Shown: positions 9,823 through 20,590, counted from the first letter of the stretch. The stretch: 64,000 nt of DNA from Candidatus Saccharimonadia bacterium (GCA_025449535.1 JANWJF010000001.1:4279-68278), one strand, 5' to 3'. The notes: generated by a model from the sequence alone, not told the origin. Numbers and translations are program-made.

Positions 9823-11147
9823 TGGCAACCTCGATAAAACGCATCCGATTCGCATTCGCCGGCATCCTGCTGTTGGCCGTCCTGATAGGACTGGCCGTCT
9901 GGCCGAGCGGTCCGGACCTGAAGTTGTTCGGCCTGGATAAGCAGCTGAAGATTCACGAAGGACTCGACCTCGAAGGCGGTTCGCACCTCGTGTACCAGGC
10001 GGACATGAGCAAGGTCCCGAAGAATGAACGTACCGAACGCCTGGACGGCGTCGTGGACGTGATCGACCGGCGGGTGAATGCCCTCGGTGTCTCCGAGCCA
10101 CTCGTCCAGGCGAACCAGTCTGCCGGCAAGTACCGCGTGATCGTCGAACTGCCGGGCGTCACGGACGTGGAACAGGCTTCTAAGATCATCGGCGCTACGG
10201 TGAACATGGAGTTCCTGGAGCAGGATCCCAAGGCAAAACCTGATCCCACGAATCCGTTCTCGGGCTACAAGCGGCAGACTGAACTGACCGGGGCTGACTT
10301 CAAGCGCGCCAATGTCGGATTCAACCCGCAAACCGGCGAACCCGAGATCAATATCACGTTCGACACCGCCGGTACCAAGGAGTTCGCGGAGATGACCCGT
10401 CGTAGCGTCGGTAAGCCGATCGCCATCGTACTGGACGGCGCGATCATCTCGGCGCCGCGGGTCTCGCAAGAGATCGGAGATGGGAATGCGGTGATCACCG
10501 GCGCTTTCCAGGTCGAGGAAGCGAAGGACCTGGCGTTACAGCTGAACGCCGGCGCGCTACCGGTCCCGGTGGAGCAGGTCGAACAGCGGACCGTGGGACC
10601 GACGCTCGGACAGGATTCCGTCCAGAAGAGCCTGGCCGCCGGTTTGGTCGGGTTGATCCTGGTGGCGGCGTTCATGATCCTCTACTATCGTCTGCCGGGT
10701 GTGCTGGCCGTATTGGCACTCCTGCTGTACACGGGCATCATGATCGCGCTGTTCAAGTTGGTTCCGGTGACGTTGACCTTGGCGGGGATCGCCGGCTTCA
10801 TCCTGTCCATCGGTATCGCCGTGGATGCCAATATCCTGATCTTCGAGCGGATGCGCGAGGAGCTGCGCGACGGACGTTCGTTGCCGACGGCGCTGGAAGT
10901 CGGCTTCTCCCGGGCGTTCACGTCGATCCGGGACTCAAACGCCGCCTCGCTCCTGATGTCCGCCGTGCTGTACGCGTTCGGTTCGGGCACCATCCGCGGG
11001 TTTGCGATCGTCCTGGCGCTTGGCGTTGCGGTCTCACTGTTCTCGGCGATTACCGTCACTCGGACCTTGATGCGCTTGACCGTACGGACCCGTCTGGCGG
11101 AGAGGCCCCGGCTGTGGGACGCGCCGAAAGGAGGCAAGCGTGCTTAG
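9822..11147 (+). CDS. secD: protein translocase subunit SecD
   Basis: N-terminal TM, periplasmic domain, C-terminal six-TM bundle 'LDGAIISAPRV'. Overlaps the upstream stop (TGATG). Followed by secF. Confidence 0.85.
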   Translation: MATSIKRIRFAFAGILLLAVLIGLAVWPSGPDLKLFGLDKQLKIHEGLDLEGGSHLVYQADMSKVPKNERTERLDGVVDVIDRRVNALGVSEPLVQANQSAGKYRVIVELPGVTDVEQASKIIGATVNMEFLEQDPKAKPDPTNPFSGYKRQTELTGADFKRANVGFNPQTGEPEINITFDTAGTKEFAEMTRRSVGKPIAIVLDGAIISAPRVSQEIGDGNAVITGAFQVEEAKDLALQLNAGALPVPVEQVEQRTVGPTLGQDSVQKSLAAGLVGLILVAAFMILYYRLPGVLAVLALLLYTGIMIALFKLVPVTLTLAGIAGFILSIGIAVDANILIFERMREELRDGRSLPTALEVGFSRAFTSIRDSNAASLLMSAVLYAFGSGTIRGFAIVLALGVAVSLFSAITVTRTLMRLTVRTRLAERPRLWDAPKGGKRA

Positions 11148-12045
11148 ACATCTCGCCGACTACCGCAAGTGGTGGTACATACTCTCCGTCCTTCTGATCA
11201 TTCCCGGCACGATCAGCCTGGTGTTCTTCGGCCTGCGGCTCGGCATCGACTTCACGGGAGGCTCCCTGATCGAGCTCCAGACTCCGGCAGGCACGCAGGC
11301 GAGCGAAGTCCGCGAGGCCTTCGGGGAGCAGCACGGCGAACCGGTGGTCCAGTCGACCTCGGCGGGCACGTATCAGGTCCGCGTCAAGCAGTTGGACCCC
11401 TCGCAGTACAACCAGCTCCTAGGGCAGGCGGTCGCCAAGCTGGGCAAAGGGACCGAGGAGCTCCGGTTCGAGACGGTCGGCCCGTCGATCAGCCGGGAGC
11501 TTCGAGACAAGGCGTTCCTGTCCGTGGGCCTCGGTGCCTTGCTGATCCTGCTCTATATCGCGTACGCGTTCCGGAACGTGCCCAAGCCCGCTTCTAGCTG
11601 GCGCTTCGGCGTGACCACCGTCCTTACGTTGCTCCACGACATCCTGTTCGTACTTGGCGCGTTCTCGCTGCTCGGCTACTTCACCGGCCTGGAGGTGGAC
11701 GCGACGTTCGTGGCGGCGATCCTGACCGCGGTCGGTTACTCCGTACACGACACGATCGTCGTCTTCGACCGGATCCGTGAGAACCTGGTCAAACGCGTCG
11801 GCGGGAGCTTCGTGGGGACGGTGAACTACTCTATCGCCCAGACGCTCGTACGCTCGCTGAACACCTCGCTCACGCTGATCCTGGTACTGGTGGCGATGTA
11901 CCTGTTCGGCGGCGAGTCGCTGCACGGGTTCGTGTTGGCGCTGCTGCTCGGCACCTTGATCGGGACTTACAGCTCCATCTTCAACGCCGCGCCGCTCTTG
12001 GTGAGTTGGCAGCAGTGGGCGGAGAAGCGCTCCCGCAAGTCCTAG
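11140..12045 (+). CDS. secF: protein translocase subunit SecF
   Basis: SecF-like TM bundle; overlaps the secD end by 8 nt. Confidence 0.85.
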   Translation: MLRHLADYRKWWYILSVLLIIPGTISLVFFGLRLGIDFTGGSLIELQTPAGTQASEVREAFGEQHGEPVVQSTSAGTYQVRVKQLDPSQYNQLLGQAVAKLGKGTEELRFETVGPSISRELRDKAFLSVGLGALLILLYIAYAFRNVPKPASSWRFGVTTVLTLLHDILFVLGAFSLLGYFTGLEVDATFVAAILTAVGYSVHDTIVVFDRIRENLVKRVGGSFVGTVNYSIAQTLVRSLNTSLTLILVLVAMYLFGGESLHGFVLALLLGTLIGTYSSIFNAAPLLVSWQQWAEKRSRKS

Positions 12046-12558
12046 TCAGGCCACTGCGATCTTCTGCCTGGTCAGGGCGTCGTACAACTTCGTGAACCTC
12101 TCGTGGTTACCTGGACGCTCTTGCCAAAGGGCGGCGCCATGATGATCGATGACCCGAGCTTCGGCCTTCGCCTCTGCGTCGTCGTACCGCTGATGACGTT
12201 TCTCCGTCGACAGACCCGTTCCATGGAGCCTGCCGATCTCCTTGCGCCGCTCACCTCTCTTGGCGGTTTCCGCCTTACTTTCCGCGAAAGCCGCGGCGCC
12301 GGCACGCATCCGCTCGGGGTGCTCAAGTACGCTGTCCATGAACCCACTCCATCGTTCGAGTTCAGTGACCCGTCCGTCGACGTCGGTCTGACCGTCGACG
12401 ACTCCCCAACTCTGGACCCGCAGCTCGAAACGGTCAGCGGACCGCTCAAGGCGTTCCGCCATCGGCAACTCGGGGTCGTCCTGCAGTTCCGCGATACGCT
12501 CGACATCGAGCGCCAACTGCGCCCTTTCTCCGTCCTGGCTGGGTCCCCGTTTACTCAT
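12046..12558 (-). CDS. hypothetical charged protein (170 aa)
   Basis: Convergent ORF abutting the secF stop with zero spacer. Protein is hydrophilic and non-repetitive. No recognisable motif. Confidence 0.4.
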   Translation of the reverse strand: MSKRGPSQDGERAQLALDVERIAELQDDPELPMAERLERSADRFELRVQSWGVVDGQTDVDGRVTELERWSGFMDSVLEHPERMRAGAAAFAESKAETAKRGERRKEIGRLHGTGLSTEKRHQRYDDAEAKAEARVIDHHGAALWQERPGNHERFTKLYDALTRQKIAVA

Positions 12559-12593
12559 GCGCGTATACTAGTCGATACAGCACCATACAACAT

Positions 12594-14336
12594 ATGTCGC
12601 AAGAAATCAAGTCAACTAAGGTAAAAAATTCCCCTCGTCTGTCGTGGCGAGTTGCCACGGAAGCCCCGGTTTCGCATATGGAGAAGTTCGGAGCATATCC
12701 CCGAGTGGTGGCGCAGCTGCTGCTGAACCGTGGGATCACCGACCCCCGGGAAGCCAAGGCGTTCCTGGAGCCCGACTATAACCATGCTCTCGATGACCCG
12801 GGAGGACTCAAGGACCTGACAGTGGCCGCGGATACGGTCCGTGACGCGATCAAGGCCGGGGAAGCGATCGTGGTCCACGGCGACTACGATGCCGACGGCC
12901 TGACGGCCACCGCCGTACTGTTCGATGTGATCTCCCGTCTCGGTGGGTCCGTGACCACGTTCATCCCCGACCGGTACCAGGACGGGTACGGCGTCACTGC
13001 CGAGACGCTCGAGAAACTCAGGAAGCAGGGCGCCGGGCTGGTCGTGACGGTGGATTGCGGCATCTCGTGCGCCACGGAAATCTCGGAAGGCCGCCGGTCA
13101 GGACTCAAGGTCGTCGTCACCGACCACCACGAGCCGCCGCCCCGTATTCCCGAGGCGGAAGCGGTGGTGAATCCCAAGCGTCCCGGGGACGATTACCCGA
13201 ACAAGGAACTGACCGGGGTGGGGGTCGCGTTCAAGCTGGCCCAGGCCCTGCTGGCAGGCTCCGACTTGGACCAGCGCGGGCGGGAGGCCGCCGAGAAGTG
13301 GCTGCTCGACCTGGTGGCGATCGGGACCGTGGCGGACCTAGCGGACCTACGTGGAGAGAATCGGACCCTGGTGTATTTCGGGCTGACGGTGCTGCGCAAG
13401 TCGCCCCGCCCCGGCCTCCAGGCCTTGCTGACCGCGGCCGGCATCCCGCAGGAGAACGTCACCGCGGGTACGCTCGGGTACACTATCGCGCCGCGCTTGA
13501 ACGCCGCGGGTCGTCTGGGCGGGGCGGACGACGCGCTCGCATTGTTGCTGGCCAAGGACCCTGCGGAAGCCAAGCGCCTGGCCGACGTCCTCGAGGACCG
13601 GAACCGGGAACGCCGGGAGCTGACCGAGACCGCGGTCACCGACGCCCGGGAACAGCTGGGGCGGGTCGCCGACGACCAGGCGATCGTGATCGTCGAAGGG
13701 CCGTGGAAGAGCGGTATCGCCGGCCTGATTGCCGGGCGGCTCAGCCAGACCTACGGCCGGCCGGCACTGGTGTTGGGCAGGGAGGGTGAGCGGTACATCG
13801 GCTCGGCGCGTTCCACCGCCGGCTTCCACATCACCGACGCTTTGCGCGCGCACGAGGAACTGCTCGAGAAGTTCGGCGGGCACGCCCAGGCGGCCGGACT
13901 GACCGTGGCGGCGGACAAGCTGACGCGGTTCAAGGCGGCCCTGCAGGCGTTCGCCGGGAAGCACCTGGGTCCGGACGACTACGTCGCGGTACGGGACGTG
14001 GATCTGGAGGTGCGTGCGGAGGAAGTGACCGAGGAGTTGTGCCGGGCCTTGGACCGTCTCGAGCCGCACGGCCGGGGGAACCCGCGGCCGTGCCTGCTGC
14101 TCAAGGGCGTGACGGTCGAGCGGGTCTCCACCGTCGGCGCGGACGGCACCCACCTTAAGAAGACCTTGCGGCTGCCGGACGGCCGGAGTGTTTCGGCGAT
14201 CGCGTTCGGGGACGGGGAACGGGCGGCGGAGGCGGCTCCGGGAACGATAGTCGACATCATCGGCCGGCCGATGATCAACGAATGGAACGGAAGGACCAGT
14301 CTTGAATGGCGACTCGACGATTTCCGCGGCGCATAG
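12594..14336 (+). CDS. recJ: single-stranded-DNA-specific exonuclease RecJ
   Basis: DHH 'VHGDYDADGLTATAVL', DHHA1 'GGHAQAAG', OB-fold C-terminus. True start may be the internal Met at about 12678 ('MEKFGAYPRVVAQLLLNRGI'). Confidence 0.85.
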   Translation: MSQEIKSTKVKNSPRLSWRVATEAPVSHMEKFGAYPRVVAQLLLNRGITDPREAKAFLEPDYNHALDDPGGLKDLTVAADTVRDAIKAGEAIVVHGDYDADGLTATAVLFDVISRLGGSVTTFIPDRYQDGYGVTAETLEKLRKQGAGLVVTVDCGISCATEISEGRRSGLKVVVTDHHEPPPRIPEAEAVVNPKRPGDDYPNKELTGVGVAFKLAQALLAGSDLDQRGREAAEKWLLDLVAIGTVADLADLRGENRTLVYFGLTVLRKSPRPGLQALLTAAGIPQENVTAGTLGYTIAPRLNAAGRLGGADDALALLLAKDPAEAKRLADVLEDRNRERRELTETAVTDAREQLGRVADDQAIVIVEGPWKSGIAGLIAGRLSQTYGRPALVLGREGERYIGSARSTAGFHITDALRAHEELLEKFGGHAQAAGLTVAADKLTRFKAALQAFAGKHLGPDDYVAVRDVDLEVRAEEVTEELCRALDRLEPHGRGNPRPCLLLKGVTVERVSTVGADGTHLKKTLRLPDGRSVSAIAFGDGERAAEAAPGTIVDIIGRPMINEWNGRTSLEWRLDDFRGA

Positions 14337-16188
14337 GCGCCTGCAGCGCCGGTTAGGACGCTTCTCCGAAGAGCAGCGCCAGGTGATCGAGCGGGCCTAC
14401 CGCCTGGCGCGAAGTAGCCATGCCGGGCAGTACCGACGTACCGGCGAGCCGTACGTCTGTCACTGCCTGGAGGTGGCGACCATCCTCTGCGGCTGGAAGC
14501 TGGACGGCCCCACCGTGGCCGCGGCGCTCTTGCATGACGTGCTCGAGGACACCGACGTGACGCTGGATGAGTTGGAGCGGGGTTTCGGCGAGGACATCGC
14601 GGGCCTGGTCGAGGCGGTCACGAAGCTTTCCTCGGTCCGCCTGCCCAAGACGGACATCCCGGTCGAGACAGAGAACCTGCGGCGGTTGTTCTTGGCGATG
14701 GCGAAGGATATCCGAGTGGTTCTCCTGAAGCTGGCCGACCGGTTGCATAACATCCGCACGGTCGTCGGCATCAAGGCGGAAAAACGCAAGCGGTTCGCCG
14801 TCGAGACCATCGAGGTGTTCGCGCCGCTGGCGGACGGTCTCGGGATGGGTGAAGTCCGGGCCGAGTTATCCGACCGGGCTTTCGAATATGCACATCCCCA
14901 TGCTTACCGGCGACTTAAGGAAGAGGTCGAGACGGCGATGACGGAAGGCCGGCGGTACTTGGCGCAGGTCAAACGACAGTTCGCTGCCGTCATGGCCAAG
15001 GAAGGTCTCGAGGTCCGAGTGGATGCTAGGACGAAAACGCTGTATAGCCTGTACCGGAAGCTACAGGAAAAACAGCGCGACATCGACAAAGTCTACGACC
15101 TCTTTGCCGTGCGGGTGATCGTACACACGGTCGCCGACTGTTACCGGGGAATGGGCGTGATTCACCGGACCTGGCAGCCGTTGCCACACCGGATCAAGGA
15201 TTACATCGCGGTGCCGAAATCGAACGGATACCGGTCGCTCCACACGACGGTGTTCGGGCCGCACAACCGGCTGCTCGAGGTGCAGTTCCGCACGTGGCAG
15301 ATGCATGACGAAGCCGAACATGGGGTCGCCGCCCACGCCGTGTACGCGGAAGGGAAGCAGCCCAAGCGGGCCACCGAGGAACAGAGCGCGATGATGCGGC
15401 GCCTGAAGAGTTGGCAGGACGAGGTCGCCCAGTCGGCGGACTTCGTGCAGCGGTTCAAGCTGGACCTCTTCACGGATCGGATCTTCGTATTCTCCCCGAA
15501 GGGGCAGGTGCACAGCCTGCCCTCCGGCAGTTCGCCGGTCGACTTCGCGTATAGCGTACATACGGAGGTCGGCCACTCCTGCCGGGGTGCGAACGTGAAC
15601 GGCATCATCGTGCCGCTCGACGGCAGGCTGTCGAACGGCGACGTCGTCGAGATCATCCGCGGCCCGGGCGGACCGAACCGCAACTGGCTGAAATCGGTCC
15701 GGACCGGACATGCCCGGTGGGCGATACGCCGGTATTTCCGCGAGCACGACCGTGGCGCCATGGCGGCGGCCGGTCGCAAGGAGCTAGCGGCGATCCTCCG
15801 GCGCCACCGCCGGCCTGTCACGTTGGACAAACCGGAATGGCAGCGGTTAGAAGGCCTGCTCCCGGGTGCGTCCGACGAGGCTGGGGTACTGGCCGGTATC
15901 GCCGAAGGCCGGTTGAGCGAAGCGGCCATCGCCCGGACACTGGGGTTCGCACCCGCTCCTGCTCCGCGCCGCCGGCCGCGCCGACCGGCCGGTAAGGAAA
16001 GGGTGGTCGTCGACAACCAACGGGGCTTTCCGACTCGTTTGGCGCGCTGCTGCCGACCCCGCCCCGGAGAGAGAATCGTAGGATACGTCACGCTGCAGAA
16101 GGTCGTCAGCGTTCATCGCGAATCTTGTCGCCAGATACAGCGGGCTGGCAGTCCGGAACGCCTGGTCGTCGCCCATTGGGGCGCCTGA
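14302..16188 (+). CDS. rel: bifunctional (p)ppGpp synthetase/hydrolase (RelA/SpoT homolog, short, 628 aa)
   Basis: HD hydrolase 'HCLEVA..HDVLEDT', synthetase domain 'YRSLHTTV', TGS 'GDVVEII'. No clear ACT domain. Confidence 0.8.
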   Translation: MNGDSTISAAHRRLQRRLGRFSEEQRQVIERAYRLARSSHAGQYRRTGEPYVCHCLEVATILCGWKLDGPTVAAALLHDVLEDTDVTLDELERGFGEDIAGLVEAVTKLSSVRLPKTDIPVETENLRRLFLAMAKDIRVVLLKLADRLHNIRTVVGIKAEKRKRFAVETIEVFAPLADGLGMGEVRAELSDRAFEYAHPHAYRRLKEEVETAMTEGRRYLAQVKRQFAAVMAKEGLEVRVDARTKTLYSLYRKLQEKQRDIDKVYDLFAVRVIVHTVADCYRGMGVIHRTWQPLPHRIKDYIAVPKSNGYRSLHTTVFGPHNRLLEVQFRTWQMHDEAEHGVAAHAVYAEGKQPKRATEEQSAMMRRLKSWQDEVAQSADFVQRFKLDLFTDRIFVFSPKGQVHSLPSGSSPVDFAYSVHTEVGHSCRGANVNGIIVPLDGRLSNGDVVEIIRGPGGPNRNWLKSVRTGHARWAIRRYFREHDRGAMAAAGRKELAAILRRHRRPVTLDKPEWQRLEGLLPGASDEAGVLAGIAEGRLSEAAIARTLGFAPAPAPRRRPRRPAGKERVVVDNQRGFPTRLARCCRPRPGERIVGYVTLQKVVSVHRESCRQIQRAGSPERLVVAHWGA

Positions 16189-16233
16189 CCCGTTGCCTCG
16201 GTGCGTGCCCGTCCCTAAGCTTGAAAGGTAGCC

Positions 16234-17538
16234 ATGAGTACCTCTCCACAACCGTCAGGCCAGTATCAGACCTTGCGCGGGATGCGTGACATCCTTCCCG
16301 AGGACGCCGCAGCTTACCGCGCCGTCGAGGACGCGTTCTGGGCCGTGGCCCGCAACCACGGCTTCGACGAGATCCGCACGCCGGTCCTGGAGGCGACGGA
16401 CCTGTTCGTGCGCTCGGTCGGCGAGGCGTCCGACATCGTCCATAAGGAGATGTACACGTTCAAGGACCGGTCGGACAGCTCGGTCAGCCTGCGGCCGGAA
16501 GGCACGGCGGGAGTGGCCCGGGCGTACGTCGAGCATGGCATGAAGTCGTTGCCTCAACCGGTGAAGCTGGCGTACTGCTGCAATATGTATCGCTACGAAC
16601 GTCCCCAGGCGGGACGGTTCCGCGAGCACGAACAGTTCGGACTAGAGGCGTTCGGTTCGGACGACCCGGCGACCGACGCGCAGGTCATCCTGGCATGCTG
16701 GCAGGTGCTAGCCAGTCTTGGACTTCCAGGCCTCACGGTCCAGGTCAACTCGCTAGGAGGGGCCGAATCACAGAAGAAAATCAGGCGGCTCATCGTCGAC
16801 ACGGTGACCCCGCAGCAGGAACGCGTCTCCGACGACGCCAAACGGCAGCTCAAGGACAATCCGCTGCGGATCCTGGACAGCAAGGACCAGGCCACTCGGG
16901 AAGTCGTCGAGCAGATCCCACCGCTGGTCGACCAGCTGACGCCGGATGACCGTGATCACCTCACCGCGGCGCTTGAATACCTGGAGCAGGCCGACATCCC
17001 GTACGAACTGAATCCGCACCTGGCCCGGGGCTTCGACTATTACACCCGGACGGTCTTCGAGATCTGGGGGTCCGAAGGCGCTGCCGCTGCCTTGGCCGGC
17101 GGCGGGCGGTACGACGGATTGATTCGTGAACTCGGCGGGACCGACACCCCGGCCGTCGGGGCCGGCTGCGGCGTCTACCGGATCGTCGAGGCCCTTAAGG
17201 CCAAGGCCGGTAAGAAGTCGTTCCGATCGCGTCCCCAGGTGTACCTGATCCAACTCGGCGACGTGGCCAAGCGTCACGCGTTCAGCCTGCTCGGCGAGCT
17301 CACCCAGGCGGGCGTCTCGGTTACTGCGGCCTTCGGCAAGGAAGGGATCCGGGGCCAGCTCCGGCAGGCCGACAAGCTCGGCGTATCGCTAGCTCTGATT
17401 ATCGGACAGAAGGAAGCCATGGAGAACAGCATCATCATCCGGGACATGTCATCGGGCATGCAGGAGACCGTCTCGCTCAAGAAGGCCGTCGAGGAGGTCC
17501 AGGGACGCCTCCCCAAGGACGCCGGCACCGTGGCCTAG
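16234..17538 (+). CDS. hisS: histidyl-tRNA synthetase
   Basis: 'LRGMRDILPED', 'MYTFKDRSD..LRPEGTAG', class II motifs 'GGRYDGL'. Confidence 0.9.
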   Translation: MSTSPQPSGQYQTLRGMRDILPEDAAAYRAVEDAFWAVARNHGFDEIRTPVLEATDLFVRSVGEASDIVHKEMYTFKDRSDSSVSLRPEGTAGVARAYVEHGMKSLPQPVKLAYCCNMYRYERPQAGRFREHEQFGLEAFGSDDPATDAQVILACWQVLASLGLPGLTVQVNSLGGAESQKKIRRLIVDTVTPQQERVSDDAKRQLKDNPLRILDSKDQATREVVEQIPPLVDQLTPDDRDHLTAALEYLEQADIPYELNPHLARGFDYYTRTVFEIWGSEGAAAALAGGGRYDGLIRELGGTDTPAVGAGCGVYRIVEALKAKAGKKSFRSRPQVYLIQLGDVAKRHAFSLLGELTQAGVSVTAAFGKEGIRGQLRQADKLGVSLALIIGQKEAMENSIIIRDMSSGMQETVSLKKAVEEVQGRLPKDAGTVA

Positions 17539-17570
17539 AGCCTGGCCCGGGTACGCTATATACTGCGGGT

Positions 17571-17900
17571 ATGGCGGATGCATGCATCTTTTGCGATATC
17601 GTGGCGAAAAAAGCGCCGGCCGATGTCGTCCACGAGGACGACCGTGTCTTGGTAATCAAGAACGTCCAACCCCAGGCGCCGGTCCACTTGCTCGTCATTC
17701 CGAAGGAACATCATCCGAACCTGGACTCGCTGTCCGACCGTGACTTGCTGGCGGACATGGTCGCGACCGCCAAGCAGGTCGGCGACGAGCAGAGTGGCGA
17801 AAAAGGATACCGGTTGAACATCAACTCCGCCAAACAGGCAGACATCGGGCATATTCATCTCCACGTCCTCGGAGGACTGGATAAGGAAACCGCACTCTAG
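17571..17900 (+). CDS. HIT-family nucleotide hydrolase
   Basis: Histidine triad 'HIHLHVLGG'. Confidence 0.8.
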   Translation: MADACIFCDIVAKKAPADVVHEDDRVLVIKNVQPQAPVHLLVIPKEHHPNLDSLSDRDLLADMVATAKQVGDEQSGEKGYRLNINSAKQADIGHIHLHVLGGLDKETAL

Positions 17901-17903
17901 GGG

Positions 17904-18119
17904 GTGATCGATTTGACCGTCGTACAGAAGAAAGACAACGAATCCACGGAGAACCTGATCCGGCGTTTCAACCGGAAGGTCGTCCAGAGCGGCGTGCTGT
18001 CGCTGGCCAAGAAGCGTCGCTTCCACCAGCAGAAACCGAACCGCCGGGCGCGCCGTACCGAGGCGATCCGTGAGGAGAAGCGCCGCCAGGCACGCGCCAA
18101 GCGCATGGGGTGGTATTGA
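17904..18119 (+). CDS. rpsU: 30S ribosomal protein S21
   Basis: 71 aa, very basic, 'LIRRFNRKVVQSGVL..KKRRFHQ'. Confidence 0.8.
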   Translation: MIDLTVVQKKDNESTENLIRRFNRKVVQSGVLSLAKKRRFHQQKPNRRARRTEAIREEKRRQARAKRMGWY

Positions 18120-18559
18120 TGTCGCTACTCGAACGCATCCAGTCCGATCTCGTCGAGGCGATGAGGTCGAAGCAGGAACCGGACCGCACGGTCCTCAGGT
18201 CCCTGTCCGCGGCGCTCAAGAACGCGGCGATCGAGGCCGGCGGAGACCTGGACGAGGCGAAGGGATCGGCGGTGGTCGCGAAGCAGCTCAAGCAGCGCGA
18301 GGAATCCGCAGAGGCGGCCAAGGACCGTCCCGAGATGGCCGCGCAGGAACGGGCCGAGGCGGAGATTATCAAGCGGTATCTGCCGAAGCAGCTTTCCGAC
18401 GAGGAGATCGACCGGGCCGTCGAGGAAGCCGTCGCGGCCACCAGTGCCAGCGGACTGGCGGATATCGGCAAGGTCATGGGCGCGCTCAAGGAAAAGACCG
18501 CCGGGCGTGCCGACCAAGGCAAGGTCGTGGCCAAGGTTAAGGAGCGCCTCGGCGCCTAG
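18110..18559 (+). CDS. GatB/YqeY-domain protein
   Basis: 'LLERIQSDLVEAMRSK..' YqeY-like; conserved rpsU-yqeY pairing. Confidence 0.7.
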   Translation: MVLMSLLERIQSDLVEAMRSKQEPDRTVLRSLSAALKNAAIEAGGDLDEAKGSAVVAKQLKQREESAEAAKDRPEMAAQERAEAEIIKRYLPKQLSDEEIDRAVEEAVAATSASGLADIGKVMGALKEKTAGRADQGKVVAKVKERLGA

Positions 18560-18562
18560 GAC

Positions 18563-20590
18563 ATGCTGCGGCGGATCCGGCGTTTCCTTCCGCTCGCCGC
18601 CCTGATCGGCGCGGTTTCGATCGTGTTGACGCTCGTCATCACGCAGCCTACCGCTGGCGTGGGCGGGCTGGCGGAAGGGGAAGTCGCGGACCGGACGTAC
18701 AAGTCGCCGCGCACCATCACGTACCAGAGCCGGCTGAAGACGGACGAGACCGAGCAACGAGCGCAACAGCAGGTCCCGCCCGTCTACCGCAAGGACCTTA
18801 CCGCTCTCAACCAACAGAACGGCAAGCTGGCCGGCACCGTCTCCGCGATCGACGACATCCGCCAGGCCGACGAGTCGGAAAGCCGGAAGCTCGACCGACT
18901 CGGTGACGTGCTGCCGAACGTCCGCGATGACGATGCCCGGACGATACTGCGTCTCTCCCAGGAAGGGTGGTCCCGGACGGTCACCGTGACCCGGAAGGCG
19001 TTGACCGAACTGCAGTTGCGTCGCATTACCCAGGCCGACCTCGGCCGGGCCGGGGAGCTTGTCTCGTCCCGCTTGCCGGGCGATCTTCCGGCGCCGGTCC
19101 GTAGCAGCGTGGTCGTACTCGGCCAGCGACTGCTAGTGCCCAACTACGTGGTCGACGAGGACGCTACCCAGCGAGCGCGAGACGAGGCGGCCGAAGCGGT
19201 CCAGCCCGTCAGCTACACGGTGGAACGGGATCAGGTCGTGATCGGGCAAGGAGAGTCTGTCACGGCCTTCGACGTGGAGCGACTGGAAGCGCTCGGCCTC
19301 ACCCGGCCGTCCTTCGACTACCAGAAGACGCTGGCGGTCCTGATGGTGGTGCTATTAGCGACCGGATCGTTACTCGGGTTGATCCCGCGGTTGGTGCGGC
19401 CACGCCGACATCTGCGCCGCCTACTCGCCGGCCTCAGCCTGAGTGCGATCGGCCTGGTATTGGTCGAGGTGCTGATCGTTCCGCCGCAACCGATCCTGGC
19501 GTACGTCATCCCGGTAGCGGCCCTGCCGTTGTTGGTATCGATCTTCTACGGCACCCGTCCGGCGTTGGTGGCGGGTACGAGTTTCGTGATGCTGTACGGC
19601 CTGGCCGGTGGTGCTTCGTTCGAGCTCATCTTCATACACCTCGCGGCGACCGTGGTCGTGGTGGTCACGCACCGCCGGATGACGGATATCCAGTCGTTCC
19701 TGCATGCCGGGGTTACGGGGGCGGGAGTCGTCTTCATCGGCATGGTGGCATTCAGCCTACTGGCCGGGAACTTCGACCCGTCGAACCTGCCCAAGTTCGC
19801 CGTGGCAGCGGCGTTGAACGGGGCCCTGTTGGCCACCGCGGCCTTCGCGGGGGTTGCGTTCCTGGCCGGGCCGCTCGGCGTCGTGACATTCCTGCAGTTG
19901 CTCGAGCTGGAAAACCCACGACGGCCGTTGCTGCGCCGCTTGGCGGCCGATGCTCCCGGCACGTACTCCCATTCCGTCCGGATGGCGGCCATGGTCGAGA
20001 GCGTGGCCAAGCGCCTGCAGGGCGCAGACCCGCTTCTGGCCCGGGTGCAAGCGCTCTATCACGACGTGGGCAAGACCGAGATGCCGGAGTACTTCGTAGA
20101 GAACCAGCGCGACCAGAAGAGTCCGCACGCTTCGCTGGACCCCAAGGAAAGCGCCGAGGTGCTGCGCGCACACATCTCCGAGGGGTTGGCGTTGGCCCAG
20201 GCCGCCCGGCTTCCCGAACAAGTGGCGGCCGCGATTCCGGAGCATCACGGCACGACCCGGATGGAGTTCTTCTGGCAGGTCGCCAAGGAGAAGTACCGCC
20301 AGCCGAAGGAATCCGACTACCGTTACATCGGCCCCCGGCCACGCAGCAAGGAGACCGCCCTTATCATGCTCGCGGACGCCGCCGAGTCCGCTTCCCGTAC
20401 GCTGACCAGCCCCGATGAGACCAAGATCCGGGCGCTGGTGAACGACCTGGTGAACGCACGGATCACCGACGGCCAGCTCGACGAGGCGCCGCTCTCGACC
20501 TTCGAGCTAACGATCATCAAGGAGGCGTTCGTCGAGGGGCTTGTCAGCGACCTACACAAGCGCATCAAGTACCCGAAGCGGGGGAAATGA
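18563..20590 (+). CDS. 7TM-receptor HD-domain phosphohydrolase (PgpH/YqfF-like)
   Basis: Extracellular N-domain, 7 TM helices, HD/HDIG 'HSVRMAAM..LYHDVGK..HHGT'. Confidence 0.75.
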   Translation: MLRRIRRFLPLAALIGAVSIVLTLVITQPTAGVGGLAEGEVADRTYKSPRTITYQSRLKTDETEQRAQQQVPPVYRKDLTALNQQNGKLAGTVSAIDDIRQADESESRKLDRLGDVLPNVRDDDARTILRLSQEGWSRTVTVTRKALTELQLRRITQADLGRAGELVSSRLPGDLPAPVRSSVVVLGQRLLVPNYVVDEDATQRARDEAAEAVQPVSYTVERDQVVIGQGESVTAFDVERLEALGLTRPSFDYQKTLAVLMVVLLATGSLLGLIPRLVRPRRHLRRLLAGLSLSAIGLVLVEVLIVPPQPILAYVIPVAALPLLVSIFYGTRPALVAGTSFVMLYGLAGGASFELIFIHLAATVVVVVTHRRMTDIQSFLHAGVTGAGVVFIGMVAFSLLAGNFDPSNLPKFAVAAALNGALLATAAFAGVAFLAGPLGVVTFLQLLELENPRRPLLRRLAADAPGTYSHSVRMAAMVESVAKRLQGADPLLARVQALYHDVGKTEMPEYFVENQRDQKSPHASLDPKESAEVLRAHISEGLALAQAARLPEQVAAAIPEHHGTTRMEFFWQVAKEKYRQPKESDYRYIGPRPRSKETALIMLADAAESASRTLTSPDETKIRALVNDLVNARITDGQLDEAPLSTFELTIIKEAFVEGLVSDLHKRIKYPKRGK

